Part shown: positions 8,301 through 15,553 of the stretch, one piece after another
How the letters are laid out: each line of letters starts with the position of its first letter
Numbering within the stretch: the stretch's first letter is position 1
Source: Prevotella sp.
GTDB lineage: Bacteria > Bacteroidota > Bacteroidia > Bacteroidales > Bacteroidaceae
Assembly (NCBI GenBank): GCA_017618275.1
Contig: JAFZUS010000111.1
Location: forward strand, 39,573-103,572
DNA length: 64,000 nucleotides
Reading direction: 5' to 3'
Notes under the pieces: generated by a model
What the model saw: only the letters and a program-made list of their open reading frames with translations
Database searches by the model: none
What the model was told of the DNA's origin: nothing
Translations under genes and position numbers: made by a program

Positions 8301-9344
8301 TGCTATAATGACATTGGCAGAGTTTACAAATGCCTCGAAGAATATGAAAAAGCATTGAAATACTATTTTATGGATTTGAAGATTCGTATAGAAGAGTATG
8401 GAAATAACCATCTAGAGATAGCCGTATGCTATAATGACATTGGAGCAGTTTATCAAAAAATGAAAGAATTTGATACGGCGTTAGAGTACTATTTTAAAGA
8501 TTTATCAATCTCTGAAAACGTTGTTGGCTCGAATCTTATCGAAACTGCTATCTCCTATAGCGATATCGGAGAAACCTATAAATCTAAAGGGATGCCTCAA
8601 AAAGCGTTAGAATATTTTATCAAGGCTAAGGTGACTTACGAGTCTGTTCTTGGGACATGTCATCTTACTACAGCCGACACCTATAATGAAATTGCTGAGA
8701 TATTTACCAGCCTAGATGATTATTCACATGCGCTAGAATACCACTTAAAGTCTTTGGACGTATTTCAAAAAGTATATGGCATGGATCATTCTATAACAGC
8801 AGATGCATACAATGATGTTGGTTGGGACTATTTGCAACTAGAAGAATATGGCCAAGCTTTAGATTTCTATTTTAAGGCTTTGGCTTTTCATGAAAAGATG
8901 CAAGGTAAGGAACACGTTGAAACTGCAAATACCTATTACTATATCGCTTATATCTATGATGAATTGGATAATTATTCTATGGCGCTAGAATATAATATAA
9001 AGGTCTTGGATATATACAAGATAGTCTATGGCGATTATAGTACTAATACAGCTGATGCATATAGGGAAGTCGGGTGGGATTACTTGCAACTAGAAGTATT
9101 AGACAAATCTCTTGAGTATTTTTCTCAAGCGTTAGCTATACGTTTGAGAGAAATGGGCCAAAAGCATTCTGATACGGCTGAATCATATAAGGACATCGCT
9201 TTAGTTTATTTACGCCAAGGTGAATTACAACAAGCAATTGATTCATATTCTAATGCTTTAGTTATTGCTGAAAAGGTATTGGGAGAAAACCATCCGAATA
9301 CAATAGAAATAAGAAAGATGATAAAAGAATTATGTTCACATTAG
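5394..9344 (+). CDS. STAND NTPase: DUF4062-like (TIR-like fold) N-domain + NACHT-type P-loop + long TPR array
   Basis: The N-terminus VRIFLSSTFSDMDPERSALV...FFIGLLGSRYGYSP looks DUF4062-like. Walker A is LLVTGQSGIGKSALIANWL (nt ~6157-6186) and Walker B-like is PILVVIDGVNQ (nt ~6421-6450). The C-terminal ~600 aa are regular 42-aa kinesin-light-chain-type TPR units (...A.CY..IG.VY....(E/N)Y(D/E)KAL.YY.KAL.I..). Confidence 0.85.
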   Translation: MTSRKNDRFERNLIENREVRIFLSSTFSDMDPERSALVKVFNQLKLKANRRNVGLSLLDLRWGVTDEEARTGKVLSVCLNEIENSHPFFIGLLGSRYGYSPDAMEIERNPELKERYPWLSQDIEQGLSITEMEMQYGALRNEKGVEAAFFIKHIPNMQPDDNEKLTKLKKKIREQHRFPVADYCSIDDLCLQVEKVVDGLLDKYFKEADETRHGCMRNIQRAFMNSRHKLYIPRKEDFERLNQFLNSKEQYLLVTGQSGIGKSALIANWLKELECKKHKQPCNIIYHFLGNTFGSNSYEEVLLHICDELVSQHYCRETILEDYESLEDRVQRYMSIAVKKGKPILVVIDGVNQISNYNQSFPFDWLPQPHPKIKYLFSSVEDDEITKAFHYHKYPIYVLKPFNIDQKYEFISEYLSLVGKKLNEGQYNRIIHSPITNNALVLRSLLDELICFGSYEYLDDRINYYISSNSVADFFDRILQRMEKDYEGAQLLLAVLSVSEHGLSENELVGITGISNINFHMFYCAYTTHITNCRGLYNFSHQYFKYAVMSRYLKDQLSTELYRKKIIRFFSENKDISYSRRMPELAFQYYSLKDLKSLYGIVLNDYAFMTFCSTTEGKSQLALYWKELKESDPTKYHFSDYLNLSHKMSFFRRRPYLEMASFFCEFFTDYKTSLKYAKEYLAIEKSEKGQDWDRIAKGLVRIGIYYKELHNYEKALENFFKLLKDYEKIVLYDIHTIYEEMDDNDFFMEEELQDYILDSYINIGEIYYLQDNINKAQEFFLKALKVSKRIFFDKNHPWIASCCCYVGRTHEIMGNCDKAIRNYHKALSIFKKLYGDFHIETANCYFRTGKTYALQKNYDKALLYYFKVVDIYKLIYGNSNAQIANCYFSIGSVYECRKNYDEALDYYLRALELRKKTVGNKHIATAVTYTHIGYIYEKTNEYTKALESHINALNFYKIKYGINHIKTAYCYNDIGRVYKCLEEYEKALKYYFMDLKIRIEEYGNNHLEIAVCYNDIGAVYQKMKEFDTALEYYFKDLSISENVVGSNLIETAISYSDIGETYKSKGMPQKALEYFIKAKVTYESVLGTCHLTTADTYNEIAEIFTSLDDYSHALEYHLKSLDVFQKVYGMDHSITADAYNDVGWDYLQLEEYGQALDFYFKALAFHEKMQGKEHVETANTYYYIAYIYDELDNYSMALEYNIKVLDIYKIVYGDYSTNTADAYREVGWDYLQLEVLDKSLEYFSQALAIRLREMGQKHSDTAESYKDIALVYLRQGELQQAIDSYSNALVIAEKVLGENHPNTIEIRKMIKELCSH

Positions 9345-9378
9345 ACATATATATTAAAATAATTATGTAAGGATAATT

Positions 9379-9693
9379 ATGAATCAGGAGATATACACCC
9401 CGCAGCCCATTGACACCAGCGATGTTGAGCTGCCAAAGGAACTGGAGGCACTGGTGGAACAGATGTCGAAGAACGTACATGATGTTTGGGCGGAGACTCG
9501 CATCAAACAAGGATGGAAGTATGGATCAGAACGAAACGACGAGCTGAAGACGTATCCTTGTCTGATTCCATACGAGGAACTGCCTGAGGAAGAGAAGGAG
9601 TACGATCGCAATACCTGCATCGGCACGCTTAAGCTCATCATGAAATTGGGATTTGATATTTCAAAAGCGCAAAATAAAACTCAACAAGTATGA
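9379..9693 (+). CDS. Stand-alone RyR (ryanodine-receptor repeat, PF02026-type) domain protein, copy A
   Basis: HDVWAETRIKQGWKYG..RNDELKTYPCLIPYEELPEEEKEYDRNT matches my recollection of the RyR-domain signature. The stop overlaps the next gene's start (ATGA at 9690-9693). Confidence 0.85.
   Translation: MNQEIYTPQPIDTSDVELPKELEALVEQMSKNVHDVWAETRIKQGWKYGSERNDELKTYPCLIPYEELPEEEKEYDRNTCIGTLKLIMKLGFDISKAQNKTQQV
9394..9665 (+). repeat. Direct repeat copy A (RyR gene body), ungapped and highly similar to 11982-12253
   Basis: The copies lie 2588 nt apart and read colinearly without indels (tacaccccgcagcccat(t/c)gacaccagcgatgt...gtttgggcggagactcgcatcaaacaaggatgga...). Confidence 0.85.
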
Positions 9694-11942
9694 AAATTGA
9701 TAAAAAAGGATTCAAAGCGGAGATTGAGAAACAGAATGCCAGAGGAAATCTGGATGTTTTTATCAGCTACAGGAGCAAAGAAGTTGACTTTGTTACAAGA
9801 CTTTATGAGGAATTCAAAAACAACTTCGTAAATGCATGGTTTGACAAGGCAATACTTCATGAAAATGCAGGAAAGTATTATCCAGAAATCATACATGAAG
9901 GAATTCGAAATTCGAAGTTTTTTCTCCTGATATACACAGAGAGTATTGCCGAATCAGAATTTATTATAAAGCAGGAACTTGAATACGCAATAAGCCAAGG
10001 GAAAACTATTTTATGCTATCCTAAGGAAACCCCAGACTTTAACAAGATGGAGAAAAACCTTAAGAAGCAACTTGAATCTATCCAATGGCTTGCTAACAAG
10101 GAAAGTAGTAAAGATATTGACGCATATAGAAAGGAGATTGAAGAGGAACGGAAGCGTGTCATTATGGCAAAAACCGTAAATGACTCGCCCGAGAAGTATT
10201 CTGTCTATGAAGATGAGAATCTCTTTCTGATTCGCATTGAGATCCAGCGCCTTTTAAAGAAACTGACACCTTACGGCAACTACCAAACAATAAGCAAGGC
10301 AGATCCTGTTTACGATTGGGACAATATTCAACTAAGAATATGGCCTAAGACTTTTTACATAAAAATACCAGAAACTAAATACAAAGACCTAGAAAAGGGA
10401 GGATTCTTTAAAACAGCCAAAGAGGATTCAAAGAAAAAGGAAAAAGCTATTGACGATTACTTTGACAAGATAAAAAACATCCATAAAATAGAGGAAAACG
10501 AAATACTGGAATATCTAAAAAATTTCATTAATTCCTATGACCACAAGAAGCTTTATAATTGGATGCTTCAAAATAGGTCTGAATACATGAAACCATACAC
10601 AGAAGAAGCGTTCTCAGCTGACGACTTCATCAAAGTTATGGCAATGATAACTAGTGACGCTTTTATCAAGCAATTGGGAGCTAAGCAGGTGATGTTTAAT
10701 GGTGCAATGACAGGTCTGTATGGGGTGACAGATAACCGTACGAAGAATAGTGAAAGTCACTATTTGACTATGGATATGTATTTTACTAACTATTTTACCT
10801 TTAAGTGTATGGTGGAGACGTACCATACCCTAAGGTCAATAGAAGACAAATTTGAAAAAATCAAGACAACAAACATACGAAAATATTCACCATTTTTAAG
10901 TTCTTTGGGATTGGGAGGTTTTGTCGTTATTAACCAAGATTACAATTTGCATTTAATGTGGACATATAGGAGCGGAAAGATTTCGTCTGGCGATATGTGG
11001 CATTTCTCGTTTGATGAGACATCCAATATTTTGAAGGATTGTTTCCACGATAAGCATGGGAATTTTGTTCTTGATGAAGATTTCTGTCTGCTTATTGATA
11101 TGAAATCATATTTTATGCGAGCATTGAGAGAGGAAATTGGATTATCACCTGATGACATTTCTTTCCGTCAAGGTGTAACAGAGCTTGGAATTATCAAGAG
11201 TGAAAGATTAGAGGCAGAACTATTATCCTACTGTGTAGTAGATCTGCCGGCACAACCTTCTATCGTAGAGCAAATGGCTAAATTTCGAAACATTGCCCCC
11301 GACAGCTATCTTGAAACGGAGGAAATAGAAATTATACCATTGCAAGAAACCGCAAAAAAAATGACAGGTAGATTGTTGACTCCAGAATCCGTAAGTCTGT
11401 CATCGTTCGTTGAAAAAATAATGGATCAAATGGACAAGGAAAATCGTGGAATCAATATTGCTCCGACAGCAAAAATAGGTATTGAGACTAAGATTGGAAA
11501 GAATTGTATCATAGAAGATTATAGCTATATAGGCTCAAAATGTAGCATAGGTGATGAGTGTAAGATTCATCGAAATGTCTTTATCGACAATAATGTAGTA
11601 ATTGGTAATCGTGTCAAAATTCAGAACAATAATAGTATCTACGAAGGAGTTACATTGGAAGACGGTACTTTTATTGGAACTAACGTGACCTTTATCAATG
11701 ACCGACATCCCAGAGCTATATTAAAAGATGGGAAACAGGTTGGACCTGGTGATTGGGAAAGGGGATATACTCGAGTTCGTTATGGTGCGTCATTAGGGGC
11801 AGGTTCTGTTATTATGTGTGGAGTTACCATTGGCAAGTGGGCAATGGTGGCCGCAGGCTCTGTTGTCCTTGAAGATGTTCCTGATGGCGCGTTGGTTGCT
11901 GGTAATCCAGCAAGGATAATAAAAACGGACATTCCTTATTAG
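9690..11942 (+). CDS. TIR-domain protein fused to an uncharacterised middle region and a C-terminal left-handed beta-helix (hexapeptide) acyltransferase domain
   Basis: N-terminus LDVFISYRSKEVDFVTRLYEEF...FFLLIYTESIAESEFIIKQELEYA looks like a TIR domain. The C-terminal ~170 aa carry hexapeptide repeats (IGKNCIIEDYSYIGSKCSIGDECKIHRNVFIDNNVVIGNRVKIQNNNSIYEGVTLEDGTFIGTNVTFINDRHPRA...VIMCGVTIGKWAMVAAGSVVLEDVPDGALVAGNPARII), resembling nucleotide-sugar N-acetyltransferases. I could not assign the middle ~400 aa. Confidence 0.8.
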   Translation: MKIDKKGFKAEIEKQNARGNLDVFISYRSKEVDFVTRLYEEFKNNFVNAWFDKAILHENAGKYYPEIIHEGIRNSKFFLLIYTESIAESEFIIKQELEYAISQGKTILCYPKETPDFNKMEKNLKKQLESIQWLANKESSKDIDAYRKEIEEERKRVIMAKTVNDSPEKYSVYEDENLFLIRIEIQRLLKKLTPYGNYQTISKADPVYDWDNIQLRIWPKTFYIKIPETKYKDLEKGGFFKTAKEDSKKKEKAIDDYFDKIKNIHKIEENEILEYLKNFINSYDHKKLYNWMLQNRSEYMKPYTEEAFSADDFIKVMAMITSDAFIKQLGAKQVMFNGAMTGLYGVTDNRTKNSESHYLTMDMYFTNYFTFKCMVETYHTLRSIEDKFEKIKTTNIRKYSPFLSSLGLGGFVVINQDYNLHLMWTYRSGKISSGDMWHFSFDETSNILKDCFHDKHGNFVLDEDFCLLIDMKSYFMRALREEIGLSPDDISFRQGVTELGIIKSERLEAELLSYCVVDLPAQPSIVEQMAKFRNIAPDSYLETEEIEIIPLQETAKKMTGRLLTPESVSLSSFVEKIMDQMDKENRGINIAPTAKIGIETKIGKNCIIEDYSYIGSKCSIGDECKIHRNVFIDNNVVIGNRVKIQNNNSIYEGVTLEDGTFIGTNVTFINDRHPRAILKDGKQVGPGDWERGYTRVRYGASLGAGSVIMCGVTIGKWAMVAAGSVVLEDVPDGALVAGNPARIIKTDIPY

Positions 11943-11966
11943 GCTGTTTTTAAAATATTACAAAAT

Positions 11967-12260
11967 ATGAATAAGTATAACTACACCCCGCAGCCCATCG
12001 ACACCAGCGATGTGGAACTGCCAAAGGAATTAGAAACACTGGTGGAACAAATGTCGAAGAATGTGCATGAGGTTTGGGCGGAGACTCGCATCAAACAAGG
12101 ATGGACGTATGGTCAGGAACGGAACGACGAGTTAAAGACGCATCCCTGCTTGATTCCATACGAGGGACTATCTGAGGAAGAGAAAGAGTACGATCGCAAT
12201 ACTAGCATTGGCACTCTTAAATTCATCATGAAACTGGGATTTAACATCTCCAAAACCTAG
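11967..12260 (+). CDS. Stand-alone RyR domain protein, copy B (paralog of 9379-9693)
   Basis: HEVWAETRIKQGWTYGQERNDELKTHPCLIPYEGLSEEEKEYDRNT. Most residues are identical to copy A by eye. Confidence 0.85.
   Translation: MNKYNYTPQPIDTSDVELPKELETLVEQMSKNVHEVWAETRIKQGWTYGQERNDELKTHPCLIPYEGLSEEEKEYDRNTSIGTLKFIMKLGFNISKT
11982..12253 (+). repeat. Direct repeat copy B (RyR gene body)
   Basis: See copy A at 9394-9665. Together the two copies bracket the TIR-acyltransferase gene. Confidence 0.85.
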
Positions 12261-12351
12261 GTAACAATGGAAGAACAAGAATTTAAGAAATTCATAGAAT
12301 ATGACTATCATGTGACTCCTCGTATTGGGGACTTGGCTTTGGACACCCTAC

Positions 12352-12810
12352 CTACCAAAGGTACTCTTCGACATAGCCACTGAAATTGGGCTCTTCGGTC
12401 CAGCCGCATCTTTTGATGGTATTGCGGACGTATTGCTCCACGTCGGGAGTCATGGGGCGGGTGCCGTTGTGGTATTCATAGTAGCGCTTACGGGAGTAGA
12501 CATTGATGAGATGATGCTTGATGGCGCGCTCGATGCGGCCTGGCATGTTATAATAGATGGTGGAGAGTCCGACGGGCATGCGGACAGGCTCGTCGTTACG
12601 GAACAGGGGACAGTCGGAACGCTGCATCGTGGGGTTGTTGAGGTTGACGCTAAGGACGTAAACCCTGTCGTCCGGCGTATATTTGCTGAGAATGCTATGC
12701 AGACAATGTTCACGGATGGGGCAGGTTGTGCTGTAACAAACCTGATAGTTGTCTGCTTTCTCTCTGAAAATCTCTTCTCTGGTCTTTGGGGTCATACTTT
12801 TCTTTTCCAT
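12352..12810 (-). CDS. Hypothetical protein (152 aa), divergent partner of the VirE-like gene
   Basis: Clean ORF with a TATCTTTG box upstream (complement of 12833-12840). Coding-like composition. I recognise no family with confidence. Confidence 0.6.
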   Translation of the reverse strand: MEKKSMTPKTREEIFREKADNYQVCYSTTCPIREHCLHSILSKYTPDDRVYVLSVNLNNPTMQRSDCPLFRNDEPVRMPVGLSTIYYNMPGRIERAIKHHLINVYSRKRYYEYHNGTRPMTPDVEQYVRNTIKRCGWTEEPNFSGYVEEYLW

Positions 12811-12832
12811 ATCTGATATTGTTATTTGGATG

Positions 12833-12840
12833 CAAAGATA
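12833..12840 (-). promoter_or_regulatory. -7 promoter box (TATCTTTG on the minus strand)
   Basis: caaagata on the plus strand, 23 nt upstream of the start at 12810. Confidence 0.5.
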
Positions 12841-13363
12841 ATAATAATGTGCGACAAAAACAAATTTCTTTCAATAAATATTTCATTTTGTCTATACATT
12901 TATACATTATATGATTATTTTATTATTAATCAGGTAATTACTTAATGAATAGTTCTTAATACTAATTATATACTATACATAATTGTTCAAAAATGAGTCA
13001 CAATAATATACGAAACTGCATTTTATTATCTGGAAATCAATTTGTTCTGTAATTATTACTATATCCGAAACAACTTGTTTCATAGGTAGAAACAATATAT
13101 TTTGTAGATAGAAACAAACTGTTTCCGTCGTTGCAATATAATGTAAACTGACATCTCAATCACCCTAAAGTGATATGAGAAAAGGCCATAAAGACTATCT
13201 CTTGCCACTGCTTATGTATAGATAATAGGATAAATATATAATTATACATCCATTAAATGCTTAATACTCAATAATATATCTTTCAAATGTATAGATGTAT
13301 AGTTATTTTTATATTTTTCCAATGAATTCCTATTATATATTTTGGTAATTCAAGAATAATTTG

Positions 13364-13371
13364 TAATTTTG
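13364..13371 (+). promoter_or_regulatory. -7 promoter box (TAATTTTG)
   Basis: 32 nt upstream of the ATG at 13403. Confidence 0.5.
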
Positions 13372-13402
13372 CAGTCGAATTTCATAAAGGCAACATAGAA
13401 GT

Positions 13403-15553
13403 ATGAATAAAGTTACCATCGTAAAACAATATCGGAATACCCAAACGCTCAGGCAGATGGATCTCTCTGAGGTCGTGCAGGCTATTCAGAATCAGGCATA
13501 CGCCGAATTATGTAAGGAACTGCGGTCTGTCTATCCCTTGGTTGAGGTGCGCCAGAAGTATGATACCATGGACGGCCTGTTGTATCTCTATACCAAGGAC
13601 TTGCCCAAGGTCTGCTTCGCATCGCTGATGGAGAACAGGAACAAGCAGCGGCTGACAAGGGCCTACAACGGGCTGGTGCTGCTGGAGGTGAACAACCTCG
13701 CCGCTTTCGATGAGGCTGAGGCTGTCAGAAAAGGTGCCAGTCAGATTCCTCATACCCTTCTGGCCTTCGTCGGAGCCAGCGGTAGGAGCGTGAAGATTGT
13801 ATGTCGGGGGGAACTGTTCAATGGCGGACTGCCTGAAAGTGCCGAGGAAATCGGCGTCTTTCACACCAACCTCTATGAGAAAGCCCGTGTGGCCTATAAC
13901 ATGCAACTCGGTGTGACTATCGAGAAACTGGAACCAACGCTCGACAGAGATTGTTATATCAGTAGTGATCCGAACCTATTTTATAACCCTGGTGCGCAAA
14001 CCTTCTATACCGACTGTTCAGACGTGGACAAGGCCGTGAGACCGGTGACGCTCTACGCAGAGAAACAGGAGAAACTGATGCCTGGCATGGACAACAGCCG
14101 TGCCATGCACCTTATCTATGAGTATTGTCTCTCGAAAGCCTACGATGACACAGCGGGTATCAGTGATGGGGAGGAAAGGACACACCTGATCCTAACGCGA
14201 CTGGCAGGCTACTGTCAGGAGTCGGGGCTCGCGATGGCGGTGGCACAGCGGTTGGCACTGTTCAGTCTGACGCTCGGAAAGGATCCGGACTTAGTGAAAA
14301 AGACGTTTGAGAATGCCTATCGTGAGGAGCATGAGAGGAAATACCGCCAGCGCAAGAACATCACCAAACCGATGAAGCATGTCCCTGCTGAGACATTGCT
14401 GATGATGAAGGTGGATATCTTCCTCAATACCAACTACGAGTTGCGTAAGAATGTGATGAGGGGCGTGGCGGAATATAGGATGCGTACAGGCTACGGTTTC
14501 AGTTATCAGGACTTGACGGAAGAAGCACGCAACTCTATCACGATGCGGGCATTGTCGCAGGGTGTGAAGTGCTGGGACAAGGACATCAACCGTTATGTGA
14601 ACTCCAATGACATTGAACTCTATGAACCGATGACGGACTTCCTGGATCACCTGCCGAAGTGGGACGGCAAGGACCGAGTGGAGCCCCTCGCCCGCCGTGT
14701 CAAGACGGATTTCGAGGAATGGCCATATCTCTTCCATATCTGGATGCGTTCGATGGTGGCCATGTGGCGTGGCAAGGGACAGTTGACAGGCAATGCCCTC
14801 GTACCTATATTAATTGGTCGTCAGGGGTGCGGAAAGACATCCTTCTGTCGGATCCTGTTGCCCAGAGACCAGCGGGATTACTATAATGACCGCATCAACT
14901 TCAAGAACGAGCATGACCTGAACCTCGGACTGACCTCCTTTGCGCTGATCAATCTCGACGAGTTTGATAAGATTACTCAGCGCCAGCAGATCGTATTGAA
15001 GTACCTTGTGTCGACCTCCGATTTAAAATATCGTCCGCCATACGGCAAGGCTTATTCGAACCATCGTAGATATGCCTCATTTATCGGCACCACGAACGAG
15101 AGTACGCCGCTGACGGATCCCAGTGGCAGCCGACGGTTTATCTGTGTCAACGTGGAGGGCGACATCGACTTTGAGACACCGATAGACTACCCGCAACTCT
15201 ATGCCCAACTGGAATACGAGGTGTCGAGACAAAGACTGCGCTACCATCTGACCCGTGACGAGGAGCATATGTTGATGCAGCACAATCTGCGCTACCAGCG
15301 TCTTACCCAACTTGGCGAGCAGTTGCTCTCGCTTTTTGAAAAGCCGGAGGGGACGTCGAAGACCAATCCAGAGGGTGGCCAATGGATGACACTGAAGGAA
15401 ATCTCCGCCCGTTTGAAGAAGGTCTTCAAGGGTGCCTATGCAGAGGATGAGGGTTCCTATATTAAAATAGGTAACTTCCTCAACCGTCCCGAATGTAAGT
15501 TCGAGAGCGACCGCAAGTCCTTCGGCATGGTGTATTGGGTGAAGGAAAGGTAA
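13403..15553 (+). CDS. VirE-like / BT4734-type primase-helicase (P-loop NTPase of mobile elements)
   Basis: The N-terminal region resembles the BT4734/VirE_N primase-like domain. P-loop PILIGRQGCGKTSFCRILLP and Walker B ALINLDEFDK, then the typical C-terminal region (IGTTNE...GSRRF). Confidence 0.75.
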   Translation: MNKVTIVKQYRNTQTLRQMDLSEVVQAIQNQAYAELCKELRSVYPLVEVRQKYDTMDGLLYLYTKDLPKVCFASLMENRNKQRLTRAYNGLVLLEVNNLAAFDEAEAVRKGASQIPHTLLAFVGASGRSVKIVCRGELFNGGLPESAEEIGVFHTNLYEKARVAYNMQLGVTIEKLEPTLDRDCYISSDPNLFYNPGAQTFYTDCSDVDKAVRPVTLYAEKQEKLMPGMDNSRAMHLIYEYCLSKAYDDTAGISDGEERTHLILTRLAGYCQESGLAMAVAQRLALFSLTLGKDPDLVKKTFENAYREEHERKYRQRKNITKPMKHVPAETLLMMKVDIFLNTNYELRKNVMRGVAEYRMRTGYGFSYQDLTEEARNSITMRALSQGVKCWDKDINRYVNSNDIELYEPMTDFLDHLPKWDGKDRVEPLARRVKTDFEEWPYLFHIWMRSMVAMWRGKGQLTGNALVPILIGRQGCGKTSFCRILLPRDQRDYYNDRINFKNEHDLNLGLTSFALINLDEFDKITQRQQIVLKYLVSTSDLKYRPPYGKAYSNHRRYASFIGTTNESTPLTDPSGSRRFICVNVEGDIDFETPIDYPQLYAQLEYEVSRQRLRYHLTRDEEHMLMQHNLRYQRLTQLGEQLLSLFEKPEGTSKTNPEGGQWMTLKEISARLKKVFKGAYAEDEGSYIKIGNFLNRPECKFESDRKSFGMVYWVKER

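Larger units (their letters stand above)
12811..13402. promoter_or_regulatory. 592-bp AT-rich divergent control region with iteron-like and palindromic motifs
   Basis: tctatacatttatacat (12891-12907) is the inverted counterpart of atgtatagatgtatag (13287-13302). GAAACAA boxes and palindromes: gaaacaacttgtttc (13067-13081), gaaacaa (13089-13095), gaaacaaactgtttc (13111-13125). Confidence 0.5.

Noticed and set aside
10900-11200. Nudix hydrolase domain in the middle of the TIR-acyltransferase protein
   Set aside because: Only ALREEIGLS resembles the REx2EExGU half of the Nudix box. The preceding Gx5Ex7 part is not evident, so I mention it only as a hint and do not make a domain call.
12325-12816. 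163-aa plus-strand ORF overlapping the 152-aa minus-strand gene
   Set aside because: It looks like a shadow ORF (Gly/Ala/Val-rich, no start context). The minus-strand frame has a promoter box and protein-like composition.
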